A stretch of DNA of 64,000 nt. Source: a virus. Its lineage: Duplodnaviria; Heunggongvirae; Uroviricota; Caudoviricetes. Within the stretch, counting starts at the first letter, position 1; each line of letters begins with the position of its first letter. A model generated the notes under the pieces. The model was given only the letters and a program-made list of their open reading frames with translations, had not been told where the DNA came from and made no database searches. This document shows positions 29,106-38,088 of the stretch, in pieces. The stretch is taken from IMG/VR virus record IMGVR_UViG_3300024269_000002. One strand, 5' to 3'. The translations under genes were made by a program, and so were the position numbers.

Positions 29106-29741
29106 ATGGAAATGGATTTTACAAGTTGCTTCAATGGTATGTTCGGTAAGCTGGGCGCTGGTATGTGCCGTCTGACTATGAACGGTCGTATCGCCGTCAA
29201 GACCTCTGGTGGCTACAAGAGCTACAATGTTAAGACTGGCAAGCTGACCAACTGCTCCAACTTCGTCTTCAACATCGGTGATGACTTCTTCTTTATCATT
29301 CCGACCAACAAGGTCGATGTTGGTGACATCATTCTGGTAAAGGGCACTCCTCGTTGTGTCATCGAAGTCGATAAGAAGACGCTGAAGGTCATGAACTACG
29401 AGGATATGACTATCGATACGCTGGTTCCCGAGCGTCACGTGTTTATGGGTAATACTTACTTCTACGGTAAGGTTGTGAGCCTGATGGGCACTAATGCAAG
29501 CAAGGGCAAGAACGGCATGAAGCAGATGATGCAGTTCATGATGATGAACCAGATGATGGGTGGCAACACCTCTGGTGGTATGAACATGAATGGTAACAAT
29601 ATGCTGCCCATGATGCTGATGATGAACGGCGGCTCTGGCAGCCTGTTCGATGGTATGCTGGATGGCATCTTCGATTTCGGAACTGATGATACAACTGAAG
29701 CTCCCGATGTCGAGGCTGATGAAGAGGAGGATGAGGAATAA
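29106..29741 (+). CDS. hypothetical protein with Met-rich C-terminal region
   Basis: AAGGAG RBS; coupled to vWA gene. Confidence 0.75.
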   Translation: MEMDFTSCFNGMFGKLGAGMCRLTMNGRIAVKTSGGYKSYNVKTGKLTNCSNFVFNIGDDFFFIIPTNKVDVGDIILVKGTPRCVIEVDKKTLKVMNYEDMTIDTLVPERHVFMGNTYFYGKVVSLMGTNASKGKNGMKQMMQFMMMNQMMGGNTSGGMNMNGNNMLPMMLMMNGGSGSLFDGMLDGIFDFGTDDTTEAPDVEADEEEDEE

Positions 29742-30619
29742 TGGGTGGCGGTACTTGGACTAGAAGCTCTTTCACGAGCTACAGTGCAACCAAGGGTATG
29801 ACCGTTGATTCTCTTACCGGAGTCATTGACGGCACTTACACCAGTCAGGATATGTACACTCAGCGTAACATTCACAGAGACTTGAAGCCTTACAAGATCA
29901 TGCGTGAATGCGTTGACTCTGCAGAGCATCCCGAAACCATTCCTGTTATTCTTGCTCTGGATGTGACTGGCAGTATGGGCAAGACTGCAGTTGAAGTGGC
30001 AAAGCAACTGAATGTCATCATGACCGATCTGTATGATCGAGTTAAGGACATTGAGTTCTGTGTCATGGGAATCGGCGACTTGGCTTGTGATGATTCTCCT
30101 ATTCAGATGTCTCAGTTTGAATCCGATATTCGTATCGCTGAGCACATGGATAAGGTATACTTTGAATACGGCGGCGGTGGTAACAACTTTGAATCTTATA
30201 CTGCTGCCTGGTACATGGGTGCACGTCATACGAAGCTGGACTGCTGGAATAGAGGTAAGAAGGGCATCATTATCACGCTTGGTGACGAGCGGTTGAATCC
30301 TTACCTGCCCTCCAGAAAGCTGATTGCTGAAACTGGTGACAGTCTCCAGGGAGATATTGAGACTCGTGATCTGTATCCTGAAGTTTGCGAGAAGTTTGAT
30401 GTTTACCACATCGATGTGGATCATCGTAGTTATCGTGACGACGGCATCACTCCTTCCTGGAAGAAGTACATGGATGAGGATCATTACAAGAGCGTATCCC
30501 TGAATGCTGTCAAGGATACAATTGTGGATATGATTCTGCACGCTATTGGAACTGTTGCTCCTGCAGTTGTTGAGGAGCCTGTTATTCAGCAGAATGAAAA
30601 CGGTGAGATTGTGTGGTGA
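29741..30619 (+). CDS. vWA-domain protein
   Basis: LALDVTGSM MIDAS motif, GIGD, GGGNNFESY, GDE. Confidence 0.85.
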   Translation: MGGGTWTRSSFTSYSATKGMTVDSLTGVIDGTYTSQDMYTQRNIHRDLKPYKIMRECVDSAEHPETIPVILALDVTGSMGKTAVEVAKQLNVIMTDLYDRVKDIEFCVMGIGDLACDDSPIQMSQFESDIRIAEHMDKVYFEYGGGGNNFESYTAAWYMGARHTKLDCWNRGKKGIIITLGDERLNPYLPSRKLIAETGDSLQGDIETRDLYPEVCEKFDVYHIDVDHRSYRDDGITPSWKKYMDEDHYKSVSLNAVKDTIVDMILHAIGTVAPAVVEEPVIQQNENGEIVW

Positions 30620-30626
30620 CATTTAA

Positions 30627-31805
30627 GTGACTGATATCAAAGTTGTTGTAGGTGCAAACTTTGGCGATGAGGGTAAGGGCTTGATGACGGATTATTTCTG
30701 CCATCAAGCTACTTCCAAGAATAAGAGCTGTATCGTTGTTATGAGTAACGGTGGCGCACAGCGAGGTCATACTGTTAATCTTCTAGACGGTAAGCGTCAT
30801 GTATTCAAGCACTTCGGAGCAGGAACGATGGTTGGTGCAGACACATATTGCCCTACAGAGTTCATCTTGAATCCTATGGAGTTTGTTCGCGAATATGAGG
30901 ACCTGCTACAACTGGGATATCGTCCTCACGTCTATGTCGAGTCGCTGTGTAGATGGACTACACCTTTCGACATGATCATAAATCAGATTGTTGAGGCAGT
31001 TCGAGAAGACAAAAAACATGGTAGTTGTGGTATGGGTATCTGGGAAACGGTTTACAGATATCAAACCAAACCAGTGTTCTGGACCATCTTCGAATTCAAT
31101 CAGTTGCCTCATCATAACAAAGTTGACTACCTCGAAAATATCAGAGATGTATATCTTCCTGCAAGACTGAAGGAACATGGTGTAACTGACATTCCTTCTG
31201 AATGGAAAGAAATCCTGGAATCTCCTATTCTGATTGATAACTATATCAATGATATCAAGCTGTTTGTTTCAGCTGTTACAAGAGTGACAAGACCTATCTT
31301 GAAGAACTATGATTCAGTTGTATTTGAGAACGGTCAAGGTTTGCTGTTGGATGGAAATTGTACATTCTATGGAGACAATACAACTCCGAGTAATACAGGA
31401 ATCATCAATGCATGTCGTAGAATCAATGCACAGTTTGATCAAGCAAACGTTGAATTCTGTTATGTCACCAGAACTTACATGACTCGTCACGGAGCTGGTA
31501 GATTTGTAACAGAATGTGACAAGAGCTTGATCAATGCTTCTATGGTTGATGAAACAAACGGTTGGAATGAATTTCAGGACAGTCTCCGATATGGTCAGCT
31601 CGATATCGGCAATCTGAAATGCCGAATTGAAAACAATGTGCTCAATGCACAAGATCTGAAATTCCAGTACAAGACAAGTGTTGCAGTTACACACACGAAT
31701 GAACATCAGCTGGACTATTCTCAGCTTCGTACAAAGATCATTGGAGATGTGTACACCTCTGATTCTAGAATCAGAGATTCTGTTAAGCTCTTCACAGAGT
31801 TTTAA
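30627..31805 (+). CDS. adenylosuccinate synthetase-like protein (divergent PurA family)
   Basis: GANFGDEGKG, GGAQRGHT, FENGQG and TRTYMTRHGAG motifs. Confidence 0.85.
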   Translation: MTDIKVVVGANFGDEGKGLMTDYFCHQATSKNKSCIVVMSNGGAQRGHTVNLLDGKRHVFKHFGAGTMVGADTYCPTEFILNPMEFVREYEDLLQLGYRPHVYVESLCRWTTPFDMIINQIVEAVREDKKHGSCGMGIWETVYRYQTKPVFWTIFEFNQLPHHNKVDYLENIRDVYLPARLKEHGVTDIPSEWKEILESPILIDNYINDIKLFVSAVTRVTRPILKNYDSVVFENGQGLLLDGNCTFYGDNTTPSNTGIINACRRINAQFDQANVEFCYVTRTYMTRHGAGRFVTECDKSLINASMVDETNGWNEFQDSLRYGQLDIGNLKCRIENNVLNAQDLKFQYKTSVAVTHTNEHQLDYSQLRTKIIGDVYTSDSRIRDSVKLFTEF

Positions 31806-31815
31806 GGAGTAATGC

Positions 31816-32013
31816 ATGATTCAACTGTACGGATTTCAAGTATATGTACAAACGGATTCAGGAAACTGGATTGCCGATGTATTCCGAGTATTTTCTTCCT
31901 CTGTTCATATGGCACAGTTTGCTCTTGAGGAGAGTCTCGAGAAAAGATATATGGATTACTTCATCGAGGAATCCTGGTTGATCTATCCTGAAGAAGGTTT
32001 AGTTCTACTCTAA
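31816..32013 (+). CDS. hypothetical protein
   Basis: AAGGAG RBS. Confidence 0.55.
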   Translation: MIQLYGFQVYVQTDSGNWIADVFRVFSSSVHMAQFALEESLEKRYMDYFIEESWLIYPEEGLVLL

Positions 32014-32022
32014 GGGGTAAGT

Positions 32023-32574
32023 ATGAAGAATACTATTGTTGTAAATCTATTTGGTGCTCCAGGTGCAGGCAAAAGCACAGGCGCTGCATACATCTTCGCT
32101 CGTTTAAAGATGAACGGTGTCGATGCTGAACTTGTAACAGAATTTGCAAAAGATAAAGTGTGGGAAGAGAATCCTGCACCGTTTAAGAATCAGGCATACA
32201 TGTTTGGAAAGCAATCCTACAAGATTGGACGGTGTGCAGGAAAAGTCGATGTCATTGTAACTGACTCACCACTTCCTCTATCTATCTATTACAACAATGA
32301 GGAGCGTCTCACTGAGAACTTTGACCGAACAGTTATGGATGTGTTCTGCTCTTACATTAACATGAATTATCTATTAACTCGTGTTAAGCCGTACAATCCA
32401 AACGGTAGACATCAAACCGAGTCTGAGTCCAATCAAGTTGCAGAAGAACTCAAAACTTTGTTGGACAACCAAGGAATTCCGTATACTCTCGCTGACGGAG
32501 ACAAGGACGGATATGATGAAATTGTTCTGGACGTAATTGGTGAGTTGCGAAACCTCGGCGTAATCAAGGATTAA
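32023..32574 (+). CDS. NadR/Ttd14-like P-loop NTPase (AAA_28-like)
   Basis: GAPGAGKST, EFAKD, VTDSP, GRHQ. Confidence 0.75.
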   Translation: MKNTIVVNLFGAPGAGKSTGAAYIFARLKMNGVDAELVTEFAKDKVWEENPAPFKNQAYMFGKQSYKIGRCAGKVDVIVTDSPLPLSIYYNNEERLTENFDRTVMDVFCSYINMNYLLTRVKPYNPNGRHQTESESNQVAEELKTLLDNQGIPYTLADGDKDGYDEIVLDVIGELRNLGVIKD

Positions 32575-32584
32575 CAAACAAGAT

Positions 32585-32625
32585 AAAAGACGCTAGTTGA
32601 TTATTCGACTAGCGTCTTTTATAAT
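32585..32625 (+). promoter_or_regulatory. terminator hairpin overlapping a sigmaA-like promoter
   Basis: aaaagacgctagttga/tcgactagcgtctttt inverted repeat containing TTGATT (32597), then N17-TATAAT. Confidence 0.7.
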
Positions 32626-32657
32626 ATGCACATAGAGTACAAATATCGAGGTATACT

Positions 32658-33143
32658 ATGATTAAGATTCGTACAAACGTGTTTGAGACTAATAGCTCAA
32701 GTTCACACAGTATTACAATCCCGTATCCTCTGCAGTTAGAGGAAAACAAGATGGAAATCAATGATGAGGGATACATCGAAGTTTCTCTGAGTCAGTTCTG
32801 TCACTGGGAACATGACACTCAGATGGATCGTTTAGCGTGGTTGGTTCAACTTTTAGCTAATGAGAAGCTCGGTTACAATCCTTTCTGGTATCATCGAAAT
32901 GACGATGAATGGCATGAACTTGCCGAAAAGCTCTATGAAACAGATGAGTTTCAGGAGCTCAGTGCAGAGATTGCTGACTATGCAAACTGCAAAGGAATCA
33001 TACTTGCTGAGCTAACTTCAGGATACATTGATCATGACTCCAATTACGAGAGTATGAAGGCTTTCTTGTTGCAGTATGATGTTGATGCAGCAGGGTTTGT
33101 TTTCGGCGCTGATATTGGCATGGTCTTTGAATTTAATGGTTGA
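32658..33143 (+). CDS. FETNSSS-motif family protein 1
   Basis: N-terminus MIKIRTNVFETNSSSSHSI. Confidence 0.8.
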   Translation: MIKIRTNVFETNSSSSHSITIPYPLQLEENKMEINDEGYIEVSLSQFCHWEHDTQMDRLAWLVQLLANEKLGYNPFWYHRNDDEWHELAEKLYETDEFQELSAEIADYANCKGIILAELTSGYIDHDSNYESMKAFLLQYDVDAAGFVFGADIGMVFEFNG

Positions 33144-33157
33144 GGAGGCTACAACAA

Positions 33158-33664
33158 ATGATCAAAGTAAGACAAAATTGTTTTGAAACAAACAGTTCAA
33201 GTACACACGCAATCTGTATTCCTGACTCGCTATTTTACACTCCTAAACATGTTGACTTCGGTATCGGCGAATGGGGATGGAGTGTAGATAATCCAGCACC
33301 TGAAGATTATCTCTATACAGCCATTCTTGAATTGTACGGAGACAATGAAGATCAGCTTCAAGAAAAACTTAACATTCTCAAAACAATGTTGACTAACAAC
33401 GGTATTTCCTTCTCTTTTTCAAAACCGCATTGGAGTGGTGACGATAAGTGGCGATACCTCGAATATGGTGGCATTGATCACAGTGGTGAATTATCAGAAC
33501 TGGTAGAGGATCTACTGAACAATGAGGAACTTTTGCTAAAATATCTTGCAGGAGCAGAGATTTGTACAGGAAACGACAACTCGGATTATTCCTATGATGC
33601 TCCTAACAAGCTGTATGATGATAAGGCAGCTCAAGGATGGCGTTGTTACTGGAAAGGCAACTAA
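33158..33664 (+). CDS. FETNSSS-motif family protein 2
   Basis: N-terminus MIKVRQNCFETNSSSTHAI after GAGGAGG RBS. Confidence 0.8.
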   Translation: MIKVRQNCFETNSSSTHAICIPDSLFYTPKHVDFGIGEWGWSVDNPAPEDYLYTAILELYGDNEDQLQEKLNILKTMLTNNGISFSFSKPHWSGDDKWRYLEYGGIDHSGELSELVEDLLNNEELLLKYLAGAEICTGNDNSDYSYDAPNKLYDDKAAQGWRCYWKGN

Positions 33665-33667
33665 CAA

Positions 33668-33853
33668 ATGAGTAAAATTCCTGAACTGCTTCGACAGCTT
33701 GCAGACGAGCTTGAACACGAGGAGATGCAGAAAGAAGTCAATCTTGAGACACGATTTCTTGAAGTGAACGATAGGGTTTCCGATGTTGCTGTTCGAGCGC
33801 ACAACAATGAAGATAAATTGCATAGGATCGGAAAGATTCTGATGGAGGATTGA
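33668..33853 (+). CDS. hypothetical protein
   Basis: Small ORF within the cluster. Confidence 0.55.
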   Translation: MSKIPELLRQLADELEHEEMQKEVNLETRFLEVNDRVSDVAVRAHNNEDKLHRIGKILMED

Positions 33854-33860
33854 ATTACAT

Positions 33861-34424
33861 ATGATTCAGATGAGACAGAATTGTTTTGAAACAAATAGTA
33901 GCTCCTCTCACAGTCTTGTTATCACTAACAAAGACAACGGCAGATATACTCCTGAGGAAGCATTGAAAGAACTGCACTGGATGAAAGACGGCTGGTGGGA
34001 GCCTTGGGGGAAGCTGTACTTTGGTAGAGCTCCGTTCCAAGTACTTTCGTCCTTTGAGGAAAAGTTGCGTTATGTTTATGCTCACACGCCATTCAGAGTG
34101 AGACCTTCAAAGAGACATGAGTGGAATAACTACAGTGCTCAGTATTGGCGTATTTCCAGACGCATAAGCAAGATTATTCCTGAGTTCAAGGGCATTCGTG
34201 TTCGAAGAGGAACTTCTGTTGGAACAGATGATCATTGCTTGTGGGGTTGGCTGGATAAGGCTAACATCACTCTTGAGGAGTTCCTCATGAATAAAAACAT
34301 CATTGTTATCTGTGACGGTGATGAATACTGCATCTGGACAGACATGAAGAAGCTTGGTCTTGTAACTAGAGACAACATCAAGCTGGCTATTCCTGAACGA
34401 GAATGGTGGGAGGATGAGGAATGA
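33861..34424 (+). CDS. FETNSSS-motif family protein 3
   Basis: N-terminus MIQMRQNCFETNSSSSHSL. Confidence 0.8.
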   Translation: MIQMRQNCFETNSSSSHSLVITNKDNGRYTPEEALKELHWMKDGWWEPWGKLYFGRAPFQVLSSFEEKLRYVYAHTPFRVRPSKRHEWNNYSAQYWRISRRISKIIPEFKGIRVRRGTSVGTDDHCLWGWLDKANITLEEFLMNKNIIVICDGDEYCIWTDMKKLGLVTRDNIKLAIPEREWWEDEE

Positions 34425-34714
34425 CTGTTCAAGAATACACAACAATCAAAACAATAATCTACGCATGTTCAACAGCTGTTTATGATAATGGTCAGCGTGT
34501 TCCTTATGCAGATACTGACAGAGTCATTGCAAGTTTGGACAAGATCTTTGCGGATGAACTTGGAGTGGAGCACGAATTGATGCTTCGAAGACTCTGGCAA
34601 GATCAGGATGAAGCAAAAAGAGAACTTGAGAAGCAGAACAAAGTTGAAGAGGCTACTGAGGAAAAATCTTCAGCGGCAAACTTCTTGATGAAAATTATTC
34701 GAGGGAGTAAGTGA
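34421..34714 (+). CDS. hypothetical protein
   Basis: ATGA overlap. Confidence 0.6.
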   Translation: MTVQEYTTIKTIIYACSTAVYDNGQRVPYADTDRVIASLDKIFADELGVEHELMLRRLWQDQDEAKRELEKQNKVEEATEEKSSAANFLMKIIRGSK

Positions 34715-34715
34715 C

Positions 34716-35135
34716 ATGATTAAAGTACGGCAAAGTACATTTGAAACAAATAGTTCTTCTACGCATACTATTACCATTGTAACTGAAGAGGAATACAATG
34801 GTTGGGAAGAGGGAAAATATCTTCTGGAATACTGGTCTGATAAACTTGTTCCTGCTAGACAACTGACAGAACAAGAGAAAGATGCAGCAAGAGAAGAGTA
34901 CGAAGCAACAAGAAAGTCCTATTATCACAGCTGGGATGAACTTGATGAATACGGTAAGAATCAAGTATACGGTGAGTACAGCGCAAAGCTGATGGGTAAC
35001 AACAAGAATCTACTAACTCTCAAGCAGTGGGAAGAAAGATGCGCTGATCGTGGTATGGACACTTCTGTTGTTAGTCATACTACAAAGAGTGGGGACCGTA
35101 TTGTTGTTTTCGGATACGGCGGATACGACGGTTAA
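34716..35135 (+). CDS. FETNSSS-motif family protein 4
   Basis: MIKVRQSTFETNSSSTHTI ... FGYGGYDG. Confidence 0.8.
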   Translation: MIKVRQSTFETNSSSTHTITIVTEEEYNGWEEGKYLLEYWSDKLVPARQLTEQEKDAAREEYEATRKSYYHSWDELDEYGKNQVYGEYSAKLMGNNKNLLTLKQWEERCADRGMDTSVVSHTTKSGDRIVVFGYGGYDG

Positions 35136-35144
35136 GGAGTAAAA

Positions 35145-35561
35145 ATGATTCAGGTAAGACAAGATGTGTTTGAAACCAATTCAAGCTCAACTCATTCCAT
35201 CACTGTTACAACTGAAGACACTTACAATGCATGGCGCAAGGGTCTTGTAAAGTTTAACGAGTGGAGCGATCAATTCACTGCAAGAAAACAGATGACAGAT
35301 GAAGATCGTGAAGCATGTAAACAGGAATATGAGGCTAACAAGCCATCCTACTACAAGGATTGGGAAAATCTGTCTCAAGCTGATAAACAGCTTCAGTACG
35401 CCATCTGGGAGCGCAAGCATCTGGAAACTGATGACAGTGACTTCAAAACATACGAACAGTGGAGAGACAGCCATTCAGGGTGTGAATTCAGTGAGGTACA
35501 TTATACAACCGAGCATGGCGATAAGATTGTTGCTTTCGGCTGCGGTGGGTATGATGGTTAA
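35145..35561 (+). CDS. FETNSSS-motif family protein 5
   Basis: MIQVRQDVFETNSSSTHSI ... FGCGGYDG. Confidence 0.8.
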   Translation: MIQVRQDVFETNSSSTHSITVTTEDTYNAWRKGLVKFNEWSDQFTARKQMTDEDREACKQEYEANKPSYYKDWENLSQADKQLQYAIWERKHLETDDSDFKTYEQWRDSHSGCEFSEVHYTTEHGDKIVAFGCGGYDG

Positions 35562-35575
35562 CTAAGGAGAGTGAT

Positions 35576-35947
35576 ATGATCAAGGTTAGACAACAAGTAT
35601 TTGAAACAAACTCAAGTTCTACTCATTCTATAACGATGTGCATGGAAGATTCTTTCTTGAAGTGGAAAAACGGTGAAGTTGTATTCAACCGTTACACGGA
35701 AGAATTTTTACCTCTTGAGGCAGTGTTTGAGCAGATTGAAAAAGAGCATGGACCTGATTCAGTGGAGTCACTGAAAGCAAACAAAGACAGTGACTGGGAT
35801 GCATTTGTTGAAGAGCTTGCAGAGTGGGACTGGTACACTTTTAGAAGCTTTAGAAGTGAACTGTGCTATGAGCATTTCAGCGACAGCTATACTACTCCAT
35901 CTGGCGACAAGGTATATGCGTTCGGATATTATGGTTCAGATTACTAA
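35576..35947 (+). CDS. FETNSSS-motif family protein 6
   Basis: MIKVRQQVFETNSSSTHSI ... FGYYGSDY. Confidence 0.8.
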   Translation: MIKVRQQVFETNSSSTHSITMCMEDSFLKWKNGEVVFNRYTEEFLPLEAVFEQIEKEHGPDSVESLKANKDSDWDAFVEELAEWDWYTFRSFRSELCYEHFSDSYTTPSGDKVYAFGYYGSDY

Positions 35948-35956
35948 GGAGCTACA

Positions 35957-36484
35957 ATGACACAATTCATATGCATTTCAGGCAAGGCTCAACATGGTAA
36001 AGATACAACAGCGAGCATCATGTACAAAGAGATGACGGAATCTGGTAAAAAAGTTCTGATTGTTCACTATGCAGATTTACTGAAGTACATCTGTAAAACC
36101 TGGTTTGGTTGGAATGGTGAGAAGGATGACTTCGGAAGAACTCTTCTACAGAAAGTTGGAACTGACGTTGTCCGAAATAAGCGTCCTGATTTCTGGGTAG
36201 ACTTTGTTCTTGATATGGTTAACTTGTTCGAAAATGAATGGGATTACATCATCATTCCAGATACTCGTTTTCCGAATGAACTATATAAGCTTAAGAACAG
36301 TGGCTATCCAATGACTCACATTCGTGTTGTTAGAACTGACTTTGAAAGTCCTCTGTCACTAGAACAGCAGTCACATATCAGTGAAACAGCACTAGACAAC
36401 GAAGTTCCTGATATCTTCTTGATCAATGAAGGCACACTGGAACAACTTGTACGTGATGTACATGAGCTTGTTAAACAACTGTAA
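35957..36484 (+). CDS. deoxynucleoside monophosphate kinase-like protein
   Basis: ISGKAQHGKDT, RTLLQKVGT, DTRFPNE, HISE. Confidence 0.8.
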   Translation: MTQFICISGKAQHGKDTTASIMYKEMTESGKKVLIVHYADLLKYICKTWFGWNGEKDDFGRTLLQKVGTDVVRNKRPDFWVDFVLDMVNLFENEWDYIIIPDTRFPNELYKLKNSGYPMTHIRVVRTDFESPLSLEQQSHISETALDNEVPDIFLINEGTLEQLVRDVHELVKQL

Positions 36485-36491
36485 TAAAAAC

Positions 36492-36533
36492 ATGGCAGAT
36501 CAAGTTGATTGATCTGCCATTACTTATTATAAT
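36492..36533 (+). promoter_or_regulatory. hairpin overlapping a sigmaA-like promoter
   Basis: atggcagatcaa/ttgatctgccat inverted repeat with TTGATT (36505), then N17-TATAAT. Confidence 0.65.
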
Positions 36534-36568
36534 AATGTTGTAAAATAAATGAAGAGGATGTGTCAGAT

Positions 36569-36898
36569 ATGAAAAAGCGTCATGCTGTTATCTATCAGAT
36601 CAAAGATATTGGAAGTGTTGATTATGCATTCCGAGCATTTGATCCGAAGAAGTTCTCGTTCAAGGACTACAAGAAGGTATATGAACTTGACGTTGATGCA
36701 GATGGCAAGCTCTATACCGATATCCTGGAAGAATTGTTCAGCTTGTTCAACGATTACTTCCGCAGACCTGCTGATTTTGAGGGTCATTCGATGAGCGTTT
36801 CTGATGTGGTTGTCCTTGACGACAAGGCATACTACTGTGACGCGTTTGCTTGGTCCAACATGGGGGATATGAATGAAGTCATTCGAAACTATCCTTAA
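36569..36898 (+). CDS. YodL-like domain protein
   Basis: IYQIK...LEELFSLFN...RPADFEGHSMSVSDVVVL...YYCD. Confidence 0.8.
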   Translation: MKKRHAVIYQIKDIGSVDYAFRAFDPKKFSFKDYKKVYELDVDADGKLYTDILEELFSLFNDYFRRPADFEGHSMSVSDVVVLDDKAYYCDAFAWSNMGDMNEVIRNYP

Positions 36899-37169
36899 CC
36901 GGATGCGAGAGCAAGAAATAGCTCTGCAAGAGGGTGAGAAGATCGTTCTTCCTCTTGATGAGTTATATGTAGAGCTCAACGGAGAACGTTATCCTGGTAG
37001 AATCTTCACTGAAGAGGGAATCATTGTTACTCTACAGCCTGTAGATGATAACTACAGTGAAACAGGATTTGCAAATCATCCTGTAATCTGGAAAATAAAG
37101 TCATCTTTCGGTACTTGGTTAAGTAACGGCACGATTGCACATTTCACTGAATTTTACATTGTTAGATAG
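36873..37169 (+). CDS. hypothetical protein
   Basis: Packed + strand ORF. Confidence 0.55.
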   Translation: MKSFETILNRMREQEIALQEGEKIVLPLDELYVELNGERYPGRIFTEEGIIVTLQPVDDNYSETGFANHPVIWKIKSSFGTWLSNGTIAHFTEFYIVR

Positions 37170-37182
37170 GAGTTGATTCAAT

Positions 37183-38088
37183 TTGAGTAACTGGGTACAT
37201 TATCAGAACGGCAACTACAATGTTCATCTGAATCTGGACAACGGAACAAAGATTCGTGAAAATGATCTCGATTTCTTTGCTCCTGCATATCCTGAAAGTA
37301 TGGACATCAAGATTACAAACATGTGCAATATGGGATGCAGTTTTTGTCATGAAAACTCCACTCCTGACGGCTTGCATGGAGACATCATGAACCTGGAGTT
37401 CATCGATACTCTGCATCCGTATACTGAGCTGGCAATCGGCGGTGGTAATCCCCTTGAACATCCTGACCTGGAAGCATTCCTGCGTAAGTGTAAGGAATTA
37501 TCTTTGATTCCCAGTATGACTGTTCATCAGCGACACTTTATGGAGAACTTGGAATTTCTCAAGATGCTTCGAGATGAGAAACTGATCTACGGTTTGGGTG
37601 TATCTGTAACAGTTGTTACTCCTGAGCTCATCGAAGCATTGAAGGAGTTCCCCAATGCGGTTGTGCATGTAATCGCTGGTGTTGTCACACAATACACTCT
37701 GAAGAGTTTGGCTGGTAACAACCTCAAAATTCTGCTGTTAGGATACAAGGATTTCCGTCGTGGCGCTGACATGCACAAGAAGCTTGGAGATGCTATCGAA
37801 GAAAGCATTGAGATGCTGTTTAACTTGTTGCCCAAGATGAAAGAAGAGCGTTGGTTCAACACCATCAGCTTCGACAATCTGGCAATCAAACAGTTAACTC
37901 CTGCTCGCTTGCTGACTCCTGAACAGTATGAGCAGTTCTATATGGGTGATGATGGTTCTCATACTATGTATATCGACTGCGTAAACAAGAAGTTTGCAAT
38001 CAGTTCCACTTCCTCCACTACATATGATATTCTTCTGGATATCAAGGACATGTTTCAGAAAGTTCGTGAGGTAAGCGGACATGATTAA
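37183..38088 (+). CDS. radical SAM protein of unknown substrate
   Basis: CNMGCSFC (CxxxCxxC) and GGGNP motifs; no C-terminal SPASM cysteines. Confidence 0.9.
   Translation: MSNWVHYQNGNYNVHLNLDNGTKIRENDLDFFAPAYPESMDIKITNMCNMGCSFCHENSTPDGLHGDIMNLEFIDTLHPYTELAIGGGNPLEHPDLEAFLRKCKELSLIPSMTVHQRHFMENLEFLKMLRDEKLIYGLGVSVTVVTPELIEALKEFPNAVVHVIAGVVTQYTLKSLAGNNLKILLLGYKDFRRGADMHKKLGDAIEESIEMLFNLLPKMKEERWFNTISFDNLAIKQLTPARLLTPEQYEQFYMGDDGSHTMYIDCVNKKFAISSTSSTTYDILLDIKDMFQKVREVSGHD

Noticed and set aside
29510-29640. ATG-rich tandem repeat
   Set aside because: It is explained by the Met-rich low-complexity tail of the 29106..29741 protein.
29462-30622. 386-aa minus-strand ORF (also 23355..24335, 42426..43373, 21553..22341, 22624..23361)
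   Set aside because: All lie opposite well-supported + strand genes, and all promoters found point along the + strand.
30627-31805. PurZ / 2-aminoadenine genome system
   Set aside because: The protein keeps the PurA-type Asp in GDEGKG, whereas PurZ has Ser there (GSTGKG). No clear dATPase/MazZ partner is adjacent.
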